Below, one piece after another: positions 31,842-41,234 of a DNA stretch of 64,000 nucleotides. Source of the DNA: Ignisphaera sp. (GTDB lineage: Archaea > Thermoproteota > Thermoprotei_A > Sulfolobales > Ignisphaeraceae); NCBI GenBank assembly GCA_038889075.1, contig JAWAHS010000001.1, positions 96,001 through 160,000 on the forward strand, given 5' to 3'. The translations under genes were made by a program, and so were the position numbers. The first letter of the stretch is position 1; the number at the start of each line of letters is the position of its first letter. A model generated the notes under the pieces. That model ran no database searches and had not been told where the DNA came from. It saw only the letters and a program-made list of their open reading frames with translations.

Positions 31842-32250
31842 TATGATGAATGAAAGTTACATAATGTAACTACTTCTATAGAATGTCAAATAAAACATCG
31901 AATCACTCCCTACATAAAATATAATTACTGGTTTTAATCCATATCGTATTTCAATCATATCTAACATAAGATACAATAAGATTCTATTTTACGTTTTAAT
32001 TTAGTTATAGAGACATTGCGTCATATACATGTAGCGAATTAACGATACTAATGTTTTTTAGGAATGTTAGTAAAATTAAATATTTAATTACGGTAATCCA
32101 TAGGAGATTATATTAGAGGGTGTTGTATAAAAGATTGTGTTGACATTTAATTAAAACAATGCATCCTCTTTATGTTTATTTATTTGAATCTGATGTTTGT
32201 ACGATAAATTTAAAAGGGCTAGTATTAACATATGGTTAGGGTGACCATAT

Positions 32251-33372
32251 ATGGGTTATAAATATGGGCTCATTATAGCAGCGGTGCTCCTTATTGGGAT
32301 GTCGATAGGCTATCTCTTGACACTGACCTTTGCAGCTCCTAGGGCTACACCTATAGCACCTGCCACAACCGTAACTACGACAATAACGATTCCTAGTGTT
32401 ACATCGATAAGAGAGACGGTAACAGTAACAACAGTGAAAACAGAAACCATCTCGGTTAAACTTGAAAAGAGATCGGTGATAGATGCATTTGGAAGGTTAA
32501 TAGAATTTGAAAGAATACCGTCTAGGGTAATATCCCTTGCACCCAGCGTTACAGAGAAGCTATTTGCACTAGGTCTGGAGAATGTTGTTATTGGTGTAGA
32601 TTCGTATTCTGATTACCCTGAGAAGGTTTTGGAGTTAGTTAATGAGAATAGAATTTCAGTTGTAGGTGGTCCGTGGACACCAGATCTAGAGAAGATCATT
32701 GCATTGAATCCAGAGCTTGTCATACTATGTCGTGGTGTAAGACCACAAGAATCACTCTATCCGAAGCTTGAGGAAGTTGGTATAAAGACAGTATTCTTAT
32801 TATGTGATAATGCCAAGAATCAGTACGATATCTACAGTGATCTATATACGCTTGGAGTGATATTCGCCGTCGAGGAGAGAGCCAAATCCGTATCTGATGA
32901 TATACAGAGAAGACTAGACGAAATTCTACTAAAGTTGAAAGAAGCTAATGTGTCTAAAGTGAGAGTACTTGTTCTCATAGGACCACCTTCATGGGGTATT
33001 TATAGTGCTGGTGGAGATACATTTATTGGATGGCTTATAGATAGAGCAGGTGGTATAAACATTGCAAAAGCTTATAGCGGATGGCCGCAACTGGATTACG
33101 AATTTATACTCAATAACGATCCTGAGGTAATAATAATTACATCGCATGGTATAGATCCTAAGGATTTATATAACGAATTATTAAATACACCAATTGTTAA
33201 AACATCAGCATGGATGAACAGAAAGATATATCTCTTTACAGATGAGGCTAATGATGTACTCTGCAGACCGGGACCTAGAATCGTTACAGCACTAGAAATA
33301 CTAGCCCATATACTACATCCAGAGGTACTCGGAGAAATTCAGCGGACTGATGTATATAGAATTACAGAATAA
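32251..33372 (+). CDS. btuF: Corrinoid/Fe-siderophore ABC transporter substrate-binding protein
   Basis: N-terminal TM + Thr-rich linker; PSRVISLAPSVTE, SDYP, EKIIALNPELV, RPGPRI; next to cob genes. Confidence 0.82.
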   Translation: MGYKYGLIIAAVLLIGMSIGYLLTLTFAAPRATPIAPATTVTTTITIPSVTSIRETVTVTTVKTETISVKLEKRSVIDAFGRLIEFERIPSRVISLAPSVTEKLFALGLENVVIGVDSYSDYPEKVLELVNENRISVVGGPWTPDLEKIIALNPELVILCRGVRPQESLYPKLEEVGIKTVFLLCDNAKNQYDIYSDLYTLGVIFAVEERAKSVSDDIQRRLDEILLKLKEANVSKVRVLVLIGPPSWGIYSAGGDTFIGWLIDRAGGINIAKAYSGWPQLDYEFILNNDPEVIIITSHGIDPKDLYNELLNTPIVKTSAWMNRKIYLFTDEANDVLCRPGPRIVTALEILAHILHPEVLGEIQRTDVYRITE

Positions 33373-33414
33373 TTGTAATAGTATATGGTAATATAGTAGA
33401 TAGGGAGACATTAA

Positions 33415-34509
33415 ATGGCCATGGAACTCTATAGAACATCTGTAAAACGCTTTTTTATGATATTTTTCTCTCTATCTATCATACTTTTGTTTACGTTTGT
33501 ATTATCACTTTCAATAGGTTCCACAGTAGTTAATCCGGTAGATGTTTTCATCAAACTTGTATACAATTTCATCTATACCATGTTAGATATCTTTGGAATA
33601 CCACACTCACCAATAGGATTTGGAGCAGATAAGATATACAATATAGCTATGCTTAGACTTGGGAGGACAGTAGCTTCTGTTTTGACAGGGTCTCTCCTAG
33701 GTGTTGCAGGGCTACTCATACAGACAGTTACTAGAAACCCCCTTGCTGAACCATATATATTGGGGCTTTCATCGACTGCGCTAACAGCTATTACAATAGG
33801 CATAATAATAGCTCCAAATATAATAGTACACAGATGGACTTTGATGACAATCGCTTTCATTGGTTCACTTTTAGGATTTACCTTAACATTGGTTCTTAGT
33901 AGGTTAGCCGGTGGTACAAGTATTTCCTTGGTTCTAGCAGGTATTGCTGTAAATGCTCTTTTTTCTGGAGTTTCGCACACGCTTCTCTATTCTATTCAAA
34001 AAATTATCAAAATACATTATGTATTTCTTCTCATGGGCTCGACATCTACCATACTTCTAGGTGATACAATACTTCTTCTAGCACCTTCCCTTACTGGTAT
34101 TACAGTTGCGTTATTAATGTTTAAGATGTTGAACGCTTTCATATATGGTGATGAGTACGCTAAGCAACTGGGGTACAACCCGGGTATAGTCTTAATTATA
34201 ACATCTACTATAGTAAGTATTCTTACAGCATCAACGGTAGCTGTTATTGGTATTGTAGGGTTTATAGGACTTGCAGCACCGCACATCTCTAGACTTCTTG
34301 TCGGAACAGATCATAGATTCTCTATACCAGTGGTAGCTGTAATAGGTGCTGTAATAACTACTATAGCTGATATAATCGTTAGAATAATATCTCTGTTATC
34401 TGCAGGTTTAGGGGAATTGCCACTAGGTGTAATTACCTCTACCATTGGTGCTCCGTTTCTAGCCTATCTAATTATAAAGAGGATGAAGGGTTATGAAGAT
34501 AGTTATTAA
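33415..34509 (+). CDS. btuC: FecCD/BtuC family ABC permease
   Basis: RNPLAEPYILGLSS, GDEYAKQLG, GIVGFIGLAAPHISR, ELPLGVIT..IGAPF. Confidence 0.88.
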   Translation: MAMELYRTSVKRFFMIFFSLSIILLFTFVLSLSIGSTVVNPVDVFIKLVYNFIYTMLDIFGIPHSPIGFGADKIYNIAMLRLGRTVASVLTGSLLGVAGLLIQTVTRNPLAEPYILGLSSTALTAITIGIIIAPNIIVHRWTLMTIAFIGSLLGFTLTLVLSRLAGGTSISLVLAGIAVNALFSGVSHTLLYSIQKIIKIHYVFLLMGSTSTILLGDTILLLAPSLTGITVALLMFKMLNAFIYGDEYAKQLGYNPGIVLIITSTIVSILTASTVAVIGIVGFIGLAAPHISRLLVGTDHRFSIPVVAVIGAVITTIADIIVRIISLLSAGLGELPLGVITSTIGAPFLAYLIIKRMKGYEDSY

Positions 34510-35296
34510 GAATTTAGAGGTTTGGTACAACTCTGTAAAAGCATTAAGTAATGTTTCTTTAGAAATTGTTGAAGGAGAGATGACATTCGTTATAGGTCCT
34601 AATGGTGCTGGTAAATCAACATTACTAAAAGCAATTTCACTGTTAGTTTCGCCAAAGAAAGGCGTAGTTTATATTGATGGGCGCGATGCAAGGCTCTATA
34701 GCGCTAGGGAGTTAGCAAAAATGGTAACATATGTCAATCCCTACATATCTAAAACAATACCATCAACAGTTCTGGAATATCTTATGACAGCAAGGTATCC
34801 CCATAGGAATCTCCTGAGTTTTAAAGAGGATAAGAGAGATCTAGAGGTAATCGAAAAAGTATCGCAACAGATGAATATAGCTCATCTTCTTAATAGGAGG
34901 TTAGATCAACTCAGCAGTGGAGAGCTTCAAAGAGTTATAATAGCTAGGGCACTAATACAGCAACCAGAAGTAATACTATTGGATGAACCGTCAGCTTTTC
35001 TAGATCTTCGTTACAGGCTTGAAATATTAGAATACATAAAGAGAATCACGAAAACAGAAGGCACCGTAACCATCATAGCTATACATGATCTCTATCTAGC
35101 TTCATTATATGCAGATAAGGTAATACTACTTTCTAATGGTTCTATAGTAGCTTACGGTAATACTGAAGAAGTTCTGAAAAAGGAAATTATAGAGAATATA
35201 TATGGTGTTAGGATAGCAATACTTAAAGTAAATAACAAACATATTATAGCACCAATAGAGCCTGTCAAAAAAGTTGATTGCGTAAGATCAGACTAA
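34493..35296 (+). CDS. btuD: ABC transporter ATP-binding protein (BtuD/FecE)
   Basis: GPNGAGKSTLL, LSSGELQR, LLDEP, IHDL. Confidence 0.88.
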   Translation: MKIVIKNLEVWYNSVKALSNVSLEIVEGEMTFVIGPNGAGKSTLLKAISLLVSPKKGVVYIDGRDARLYSARELAKMVTYVNPYISKTIPSTVLEYLMTARYPHRNLLSFKEDKRDLEVIEKVSQQMNIAHLLNRRLDQLSSGELQRVIIARALIQQPEVILLDEPSAFLDLRYRLEILEYIKRITKTEGTVTIIAIHDLYLASLYADKVILLSNGSIVAYGNTEEVLKKEIIENIYGVRIAILKVNNKHIIAPIEPVKKVDCVRSD

Positions 35297-35664
35297 AAAG
35301 TTCAACACAATGTAGCTTGTAAGAGTCTGGATGATCATCAGGAAAGCAATATACGGCACTTCGCAGGGCTCTTGAAAACATTTCGATAGTATACAAAATC
35401 TATAATGTTATGACAATCTGCACGTTCTTTGAACACTATTTATATCTATGGTAATCATTATAGAACGGACATGTAAAAGTAACATATAGACTTTCAAAGT
35501 ATAAAATACTTTGATCGTTTTAGAAGCCTATTTGGAATTATGAACATTAATGGAAAAAGTATATATGCAACCACATATATAGAGGCGAAAGTCTTTTCTA
35601 GCCCTCTAAATAGATAATTCAGATCAATTATGTGGTAGCTTTGTAATATGGATGTTAGATACAG

Positions 35665-36072
35665 GTGGTAAAGCACTTGTATGGAAGCGGATCTCTTTAC
35701 AGCAATTCATTAGCAAAATTCCTGAGGAGTTATATGCGTTCTGTTCTTCCCTCTCTGGATAGCTTTGTTATCAAGGTAAAGAATGGATCTTCAGATACAA
35801 GCATTTCAGAGGAAGAATTAGCTATAATTGCAATAGCTATAAAAATGTATAAGGAAACAAAAAAGAAAAATGGGAACAGCGTTACCCATAATAACGGTAA
35901 TGGCTATGATAGTAATACGTATACCAGTTCCCCGTGGTTAAATAGGTGGATTTTTGAAACTGCGAATACTGATATACATAGCTTACTAAGATATGACACA
36001 ATTGATTTTAATCACAAGATGCGATATCGGATGGTTGATGGTCAGGATACCCCTTTATGGGATACAAGTTAA
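35665..36072 (+). CDS. Hypothetical protein with an OadG/carboxylase-epsilon-like motif
   Basis: EEELAIIAIAIKMY, low-complexity linker, then SPW. Confidence 0.5.
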   Translation: MVKHLYGSGSLYSNSLAKFLRSYMRSVLPSLDSFVIKVKNGSSDTSISEEELAIIAIAIKMYKETKKKNGNSVTHNNGNGYDSNTYTSSPWLNRWIFETANTDIHSLLRYDTIDFNHKMRYRMVDGQDTPLWDTS

Positions 36073-36129
36073 GTTGTTTGTTCCCAAATAACAATCTCTA
36101 CTTCGGACTGGATTCTGTAGTTTCGGAAA

Positions 36130-38172
36130 TTAGAGAGAAGCCAGCTTTGTTCTAAACATCATCCATATTATAGCCATAGTAATCACTATTGCCATAATCA
36201 AAATTATTGCTACATCTCTTAAGTTTATATGGTCTCTCAATATAGGTGTTGCAATAGTTGTTGTCACCGTTATTGTGTGTGGTTGTTCAATAAAGGTTGT
36301 AATTGTTATTGTTGTGGTTACTATATTTCTCTCCTTTATTGTTATTGTTGTGGTTCTTTCTCCATCGATTTTTGTATATAATTGTTGTGGTTGTCGTAAT
36401 TCTGTACTGAGAATTCTATATATTGATAGTATTATTGATAGTCTGGATAGCATTGTTAATTGGGTTTGGGAATAGGATTCAAAGGTCTTTGCCATTTCTA
36501 TATACAGTGGAATATCTATGGGTAGGATGCTATCTGGTAGGGAAAGCGAAGTGCTTATCGTTTTATTTAATGCTTCTATAGCTGAACTGTAATCCTGTAG
36601 GAAGAGTGATGTCAGTATGAGATGCATATAGCTTATGGAACTTATTCCAAGAGCTAATCTATCAAGTGTATTATCTACTTTAGTCAGGAGTGAGTATCTA
36701 AACATTGCTTCTGAGAGCATATCTCCAGGGATCTGGATGGATGATGAAAATGCTATTATGTATGTGTATATATTTTGAGATAATGTTGAAATGTATAAAG
36801 CCATTCTATTTAGATCATCAGTAGGTATCTCTGAACCTATATATGGGTATTTATCTAGCAGTGTAGACCATAACCATGCGGTATAAATTCTAGCGGAGGC
36901 CAGCGCTAAGTACTGAGATATGGAGTCTATGTATTGAGATGTCAAGGTTCTATTTAGATAGATTAGTGCTTCATAAGCTCTATCTAATGTATTTATTACT
37001 ATAGAAAGCCTAGCAGTATCCATACCATTTTCAATATGGTATCTGTGTATATAGTTTATGATATCATATATGGAATTGTTTATGATGTTAATTTCTTTTG
37101 ATATAAATGCTCCATCTACAATAGCCTTGAGTAGATAAAGACGTTGATAGGCATATATAAGTGCTTGAAAGTATAGAGATGAAGCTGCATATAGTTTTTC
37201 AGCTGATACTAGAGATTCAGCCTGGATTCTCAAACTATTGATATTGGAGTCAATATTTTGAAGGGTATTTCTGACGTAAATGCTAGAGTAGCCACTTAAT
37301 GATGAAAGTGCTTTATCTTCTACAGCTTTACTTTCATTTACGATCGCTATTATTTTATTAGATAGATTAAATATCCATTCATACTGGATGTTTTTTAGTG
37401 CTGCATATATATTGCTTAGTTTATTTGGTAAACTAGAGGTGGTAGGGGTAACTTTATACATATGGTTAGTAAAAATCTCCAGCGCCTCAAAAATATTTGC
37501 AATAGGCACTACTGAAACGTTTAGCTGGGCACCGTATGATATAAGGTCAATTGTTTCTGGGATAACTCTAGTAATAACAGATGGACCAATTCTCTGAGAG
37601 ACAATTCTATATATAGTATCCTTTGTTTGGCCATACGGAACAAGGAACATCTTAGCACCACGAGAGACAGCGGCATCGAGTTTATATTTTAATCCTCCAA
37701 CAGGTCCTACACTTCCATCGGGCAATACCATGCCTGTCATTACTATACTTTCATTAAGTGGTAACCTAAGTAGTGCAGCAGCAAAGGCTACAGCTGTTAC
37801 GCCACTTGCACTTGGTCCACCAATAATAGGCGAATCAGATTTTATAGAGGCATAGAAGTCGCAACTATAGAAGCTTATATTAGCTATACTACTAGCTACA
37901 AGTGCTGCTATCCTAGTAGATGCTTGTAGATCTATCTCACTAAGAGGTAAAGTCTCTACATATACGTGGCCGGAGCCTGGGCATGCAACGCGTACATATA
38001 GGTCAGCTGAAACCCCGATATATGAACCATTTGATAGCTGGCTAACAGCTACTATGGTTACATGCCTTAATTCATCTAATATATAGCCGTATGTTAAGGA
38101 ATGTGTAGGTAATGATATGGTGACGAGCATTAATAGCGTAAGTATCATGCAGGTTCTGTATACCATAATCAT
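36130..38172 (-). CDS. Membrane-anchored S16 (Lon-like) serine protease
   Basis: Signal peptide; IGGPSASG (catalytic Ser), MTGMVLPDGSVGPVGGLKYK (Lys); Thr-rich linker and C-terminal TM. Confidence 0.88.
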   Translation of the reverse strand: MIMVYRTCMILTLLMLVTISLPTHSLTYGYILDELRHVTIVAVSQLSNGSYIGVSADLYVRVACPGSGHVYVETLPLSEIDLQASTRIAALVASSIANISFYSCDFYASIKSDSPIIGGPSASGVTAVAFAAALLRLPLNESIVMTGMVLPDGSVGPVGGLKYKLDAAVSRGAKMFLVPYGQTKDTIYRIVSQRIGPSVITRVIPETIDLISYGAQLNVSVVPIANIFEALEIFTNHMYKVTPTTSSLPNKLSNIYAALKNIQYEWIFNLSNKIIAIVNESKAVEDKALSSLSGYSSIYVRNTLQNIDSNINSLRIQAESLVSAEKLYAASSLYFQALIYAYQRLYLLKAIVDGAFISKEINIINNSIYDIINYIHRYHIENGMDTARLSIVINTLDRAYEALIYLNRTLTSQYIDSISQYLALASARIYTAWLWSTLLDKYPYIGSEIPTDDLNRMALYISTLSQNIYTYIIAFSSSIQIPGDMLSEAMFRYSLLTKVDNTLDRLALGISSISYMHLILTSLFLQDYSSAIEALNKTISTSLSLPDSILPIDIPLYIEMAKTFESYSQTQLTMLSRLSIILSIYRILSTELRQPQQLYTKIDGERTTTITIKERNIVTTTITITTFIEQPHTITVTTTIATPILRDHINLRDVAIILIMAIVITMAIIWMMFRTKLASL

Positions 38173-38232
38173 CTACACCATCAAAATGGAACTGTCTTCG
38201 TAGATTTCTTAGATACTTAAAAAGTTTGCTCA

Positions 38233-38697
38233 CTATTGGTAAGTGTCTAATATCCTATCTGCATACTTGGCCACATCTTCTATGCAATCATCTATGATAT
38301 TGATTATCGATTTCAAGTAGTGTTGCGGTGTTGATTGTGAGAATTCTTTTAGCATCTTAGAGTTTTGTATAAGGCTTCTCATAGTCATGGATAACTCTAG
38401 GGGAAGGATGTATATGAATTTATCCACTTCATCATCGGTAAGCCGCTTTAAACCGTATTCTATGGGTTTATCTAGTAGTCTTCTAAGTGCTTGAAGAAGC
38501 TTATCAAATTTGAGCATAGTCATGGAATACAGATCGTACAGCTCCCTAAGTCTTCTTCTAGCAATATTATAGAATGCTTCAACTAAATCAAAACGAACAT
38601 CAATTAAGAGATTATAGAGGGCGTACATGGTCTCTCTATCAACAGTTCCCTGCACACCTTTCTTACCTCTAAGTTTTAGCAAAAAGTCTTTGAACAT
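38233..38697 (-). CDS. Hypothetical helical protein
   Basis: 154-aa ORF with GAGGTGA SD. Confidence 0.7.
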   Translation of the reverse strand: MFKDFLLKLRGKKGVQGTVDRETMYALYNLLIDVRFDLVEAFYNIARRRLRELYDLYSMTMLKFDKLLQALRRLLDKPIEYGLKRLTDDEVDKFIYILPLELSMTMRSLIQNSKMLKEFSQSTPQHYLKSIINIIDDCIEDVAKYADRILDTYQ

Positions 38698-38765
38698 CGC
38701 AGTTCACCTCTAACCTTAACAATCAATACTCTATTTTCACAAAAAGTTATAAATAGATATGGTGA

Positions 38766-39053
38766 GTGAAAATTGAGAGTGCAGGTGTTTATATGGCCCT
38801 TAATACTCGCGATAAAGATAAGGTAATAAAGTCCATTGCTCGTTGGCTTGCTGGTCTTCGGCCTTCTTTTGGCTACAAATATTATTTTGAAAAATATTCG
38901 TCTGCACAAAGAGCTGTAGAAAAGCTACTTCCATATAAAGGACTTAGAGTGTGTCCTTTCTGTGGTAAGAGCTTCCTAAGGTCATCAGCATTTATTACCC
39001 ACATACTAAAGTTTCATGGCGATGAATTGGAGAATCTAATTGATAGCACATAG
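38766..39053 (+). CDS. C2H2 zinc-finger protein
   Basis: CPFCGKSFLRSSAFITHILKFH. Confidence 0.8.
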   Translation: MKIESAGVYMALNTRDKDKVIKSIARWLAGLRPSFGYKYYFEKYSSAQRAVEKLLPYKGLRVCPFCGKSFLRSSAFITHILKFHGDELENLIDST

Positions 39054-39092
39054 CTGATAACTTTCTATTTTTAATATTTTTGGTGCAGTGAA

Positions 39093-40079
39093 TTGGATAT
39101 TACACAATGTGGTTCGATGGGAATGTTTCGAGGGTCACAGATTAAAGTAGATAAAAAATATATGAGGCATTATACCACCGATACATGGAATTACACAGAG
39201 TTTCTAGATAGAAATGTAAAGGTCGTGCCATTTGAAGCATTTACAGCTTTGTATAAGCTCTATAATAACGATATTAAGAGCTTTATTGAAACTCATATAG
39301 ATGTCCACATCTGCACACCTATTATCTCATTATGTAGAGAACATGGTCCTAGAATAAAATGTTTGATTTATACAAGTGACAAATATTTAGAGATATATTC
39401 AGAGTGCTTTGATGTAGAGCTACTCTCTTCTATAATATTCGGTGATCTCTCAAATCTATTCACATTTGAAATAGGATACAGGGATGGTAGAAGGTTTAAG
39501 AGGGCTATCATACCCAAGAAGCTCATATTACAATTGGCTCCGGAGATTTCAAAGTGGAATAGAAATAATTCTGAAAGTGAATTCTTTACAACACCTTTAA
39601 AGACGTTCGGCAATATGATTAGATATGTGTTAGAAAAAGGAAACGAAGTTACAGAACTTATATTCCATATTCCATGTCTAGATGATAAAGCTATCGATTT
39701 ATTGTACGAAATGGTTAAATCGCTTGCAAATAAGAGTAGAATATATATTCTAACAACCCCTCCGACACTTGATAATGCAAAGAGATGTCAATCAAACTAT
39801 AAGGGTACGCTTATCGCATATTTAGAGGCTTACGAACTGCTATCCCGATACAATGTAACCATATGTAATATAGATACTATGCATGTAGGTCTCATAGTGA
39901 ATAGAATGCACTATGTTGTGTCATATGAATATAGTTATAGAGATGATATAGATGTAAGTATAGTAAAGGACAAATCATACATTGAAGCAATGGCGCAGAG
40001 CTTTCTTAGAGAGTGTTTCTGTTCAACCAGTTTAATTAAAGATGACTATAGGTATGGCCACATATATAAAATAGAGTAG
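39093..40079 (+). CDS. Hypothetical protein, possibly with a degenerate C-terminal PLD-like domain
   Basis: IFHIPCLD...RIYILT...MHVGLIVN resembles the PLD/TrmB fold without an intact HxK motif. Confidence 0.55.
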   Translation: MDITQCGSMGMFRGSQIKVDKKYMRHYTTDTWNYTEFLDRNVKVVPFEAFTALYKLYNNDIKSFIETHIDVHICTPIISLCREHGPRIKCLIYTSDKYLEIYSECFDVELLSSIIFGDLSNLFTFEIGYRDGRRFKRAIIPKKLILQLAPEISKWNRNNSESEFFTTPLKTFGNMIRYVLEKGNEVTELIFHIPCLDDKAIDLLYEMVKSLANKSRIYILTTPPTLDNAKRCQSNYKGTLIAYLEAYELLSRYNVTICNIDTMHVGLIVNRMHYVVSYEYSYRDDIDVSIVKDKSYIEAMAQSFLRECFCSTSLIKDDYRYGHIYKIE

Positions 40080-40144
40080 ATTATTTATAGAACCTCACTG
40101 GAATGAGAACCGAGTACAGCTCAACATATGGATAGAACGGTATT

Positions 40145-41026
40145 ATGGGCACTCATATGATCTATAATCCTATTAAGTTAAGCGAGATTGTTGAGAAGAA
40201 TGTTGTGTATCTAAGTAATGGTAAGATTTTTCGAAAGTATTATCGATTTAGAGCGACTAAATTTTATGGAGGTTCGTCAACCGGGGACATTGTTGGATGC
40301 AATCTAAGTTGCAAGTATTGTTGGAGCTTAGGTACAAATACATCTCCAGCTATAAAGGGTATAGGATTCTATGTGGATCCTGAGGAGGCAGCACTAAGAC
40401 TTCTGAGCATCGCTTCGCAAAAAAGCTTCAAATATATTAGATTAAGTGGTGGTGAACCAACTATAGGATTCGACCATATTCTTCAGCTCCTTAAGAATAT
40501 TAGCAAATCTGCACTCTTTGATAAAATCAGATTTATCTTAGAAACTAACGGTATTTTAATAGGATACAAGAAAAACTATGCTGGAGAACTATCTAAATTT
40601 CCTTTTGTTACAGTCAGGGTATCCCTTAAAGGGTGTTCACCTAACGAATTCAATGCCATTACAGGAGCAGGTGAAGAGTTCTATGACTACCAGTTGAAGG
40701 CTATAAAATATCTTTTTGAGAATAATGTAGACACCATTGTAGCTATTACTATAAGCTTTTGTAATAAAGATTCGTTCTCAAGGCTGGTGCAACAGCTCTT
40801 AGAACTTGGAGAGGATATTATAGATAGGATAGAACTTGAAGTAGTTAAACTATATCCAAGTATAGCTAAAAGACTTTGCAAATCAAAAATATACCCATGG
40901 ATCGCCATAGATCCCAGAAAGAATGTTTTATTAAGGGGGGAAGCTATTGAGCGAATCCTTAGAGAAGGATGTAGAGGAAATGTTGATAAAGATCCTAGTA
41001 GATCACAGGGGCGGCTTAACATTTGA
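40145..41026 (+). CDS. Radical SAM protein
   Basis: GCNLSCKYCW, RLSGGEPT, ILETNG, VRVSLKG. Confidence 0.88.
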   Translation: MGTHMIYNPIKLSEIVEKNVVYLSNGKIFRKYYRFRATKFYGGSSTGDIVGCNLSCKYCWSLGTNTSPAIKGIGFYVDPEEAALRLLSIASQKSFKYIRLSGGEPTIGFDHILQLLKNISKSALFDKIRFILETNGILIGYKKNYAGELSKFPFVTVRVSLKGCSPNEFNAITGAGEEFYDYQLKAIKYLFENNVDTIVAITISFCNKDSFSRLVQQLLELGEDIIDRIELEVVKLYPSIAKRLCKSKIYPWIAIDPRKNVLLRGEAIERILREGCRGNVDKDPSRSQGRLNI

Positions 41027-41183
41027 AGAACTTAGAGATCATCTCGAAGTCAGCGGATATTACATTGACGGATTGATCCTTAGAAAAATTGTAGCTAGGC
41101 TAATACTCAACAACACCGTCTGCAAAGTTCCATCGAAAGAAAAGAAAAAGCTTCTACTAGTTCTATGTAGAGAAGATGTGTAG
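40947..41183 (+). CDS. Small winged-helix-like protein
   Basis: LTFEELRDHL...LRKIVARLILNNTVCK; overlaps the 3' end of the radical SAM gene. Confidence 0.6.
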   Translation: MSESLEKDVEEMLIKILVDHRGGLTFEELRDHLEVSGYYIDGLILRKIVARLILNNTVCKVPSKEKKKLLLVLCREDV

Positions 41184-41234
41184 TCAGGCTAATATATCTA
41201 GGGAAGCCACTATATATTAATAGGGTGTAGAGCT

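Noticed and set aside
29843-32250. TPP or cobalamin riboswitch upstream of thiC, cobT or btuF
   Set aside because: Intergenic parts are very AT-rich; no TPP CTGAGA core or B12-box seen.
36240-36360. GTT/ATT-rich repeat-like tract (similar one at ~32360-32450)
   Set aside because: Encodes Thr-rich linkers of surface proteins; not a DNA repeat element.
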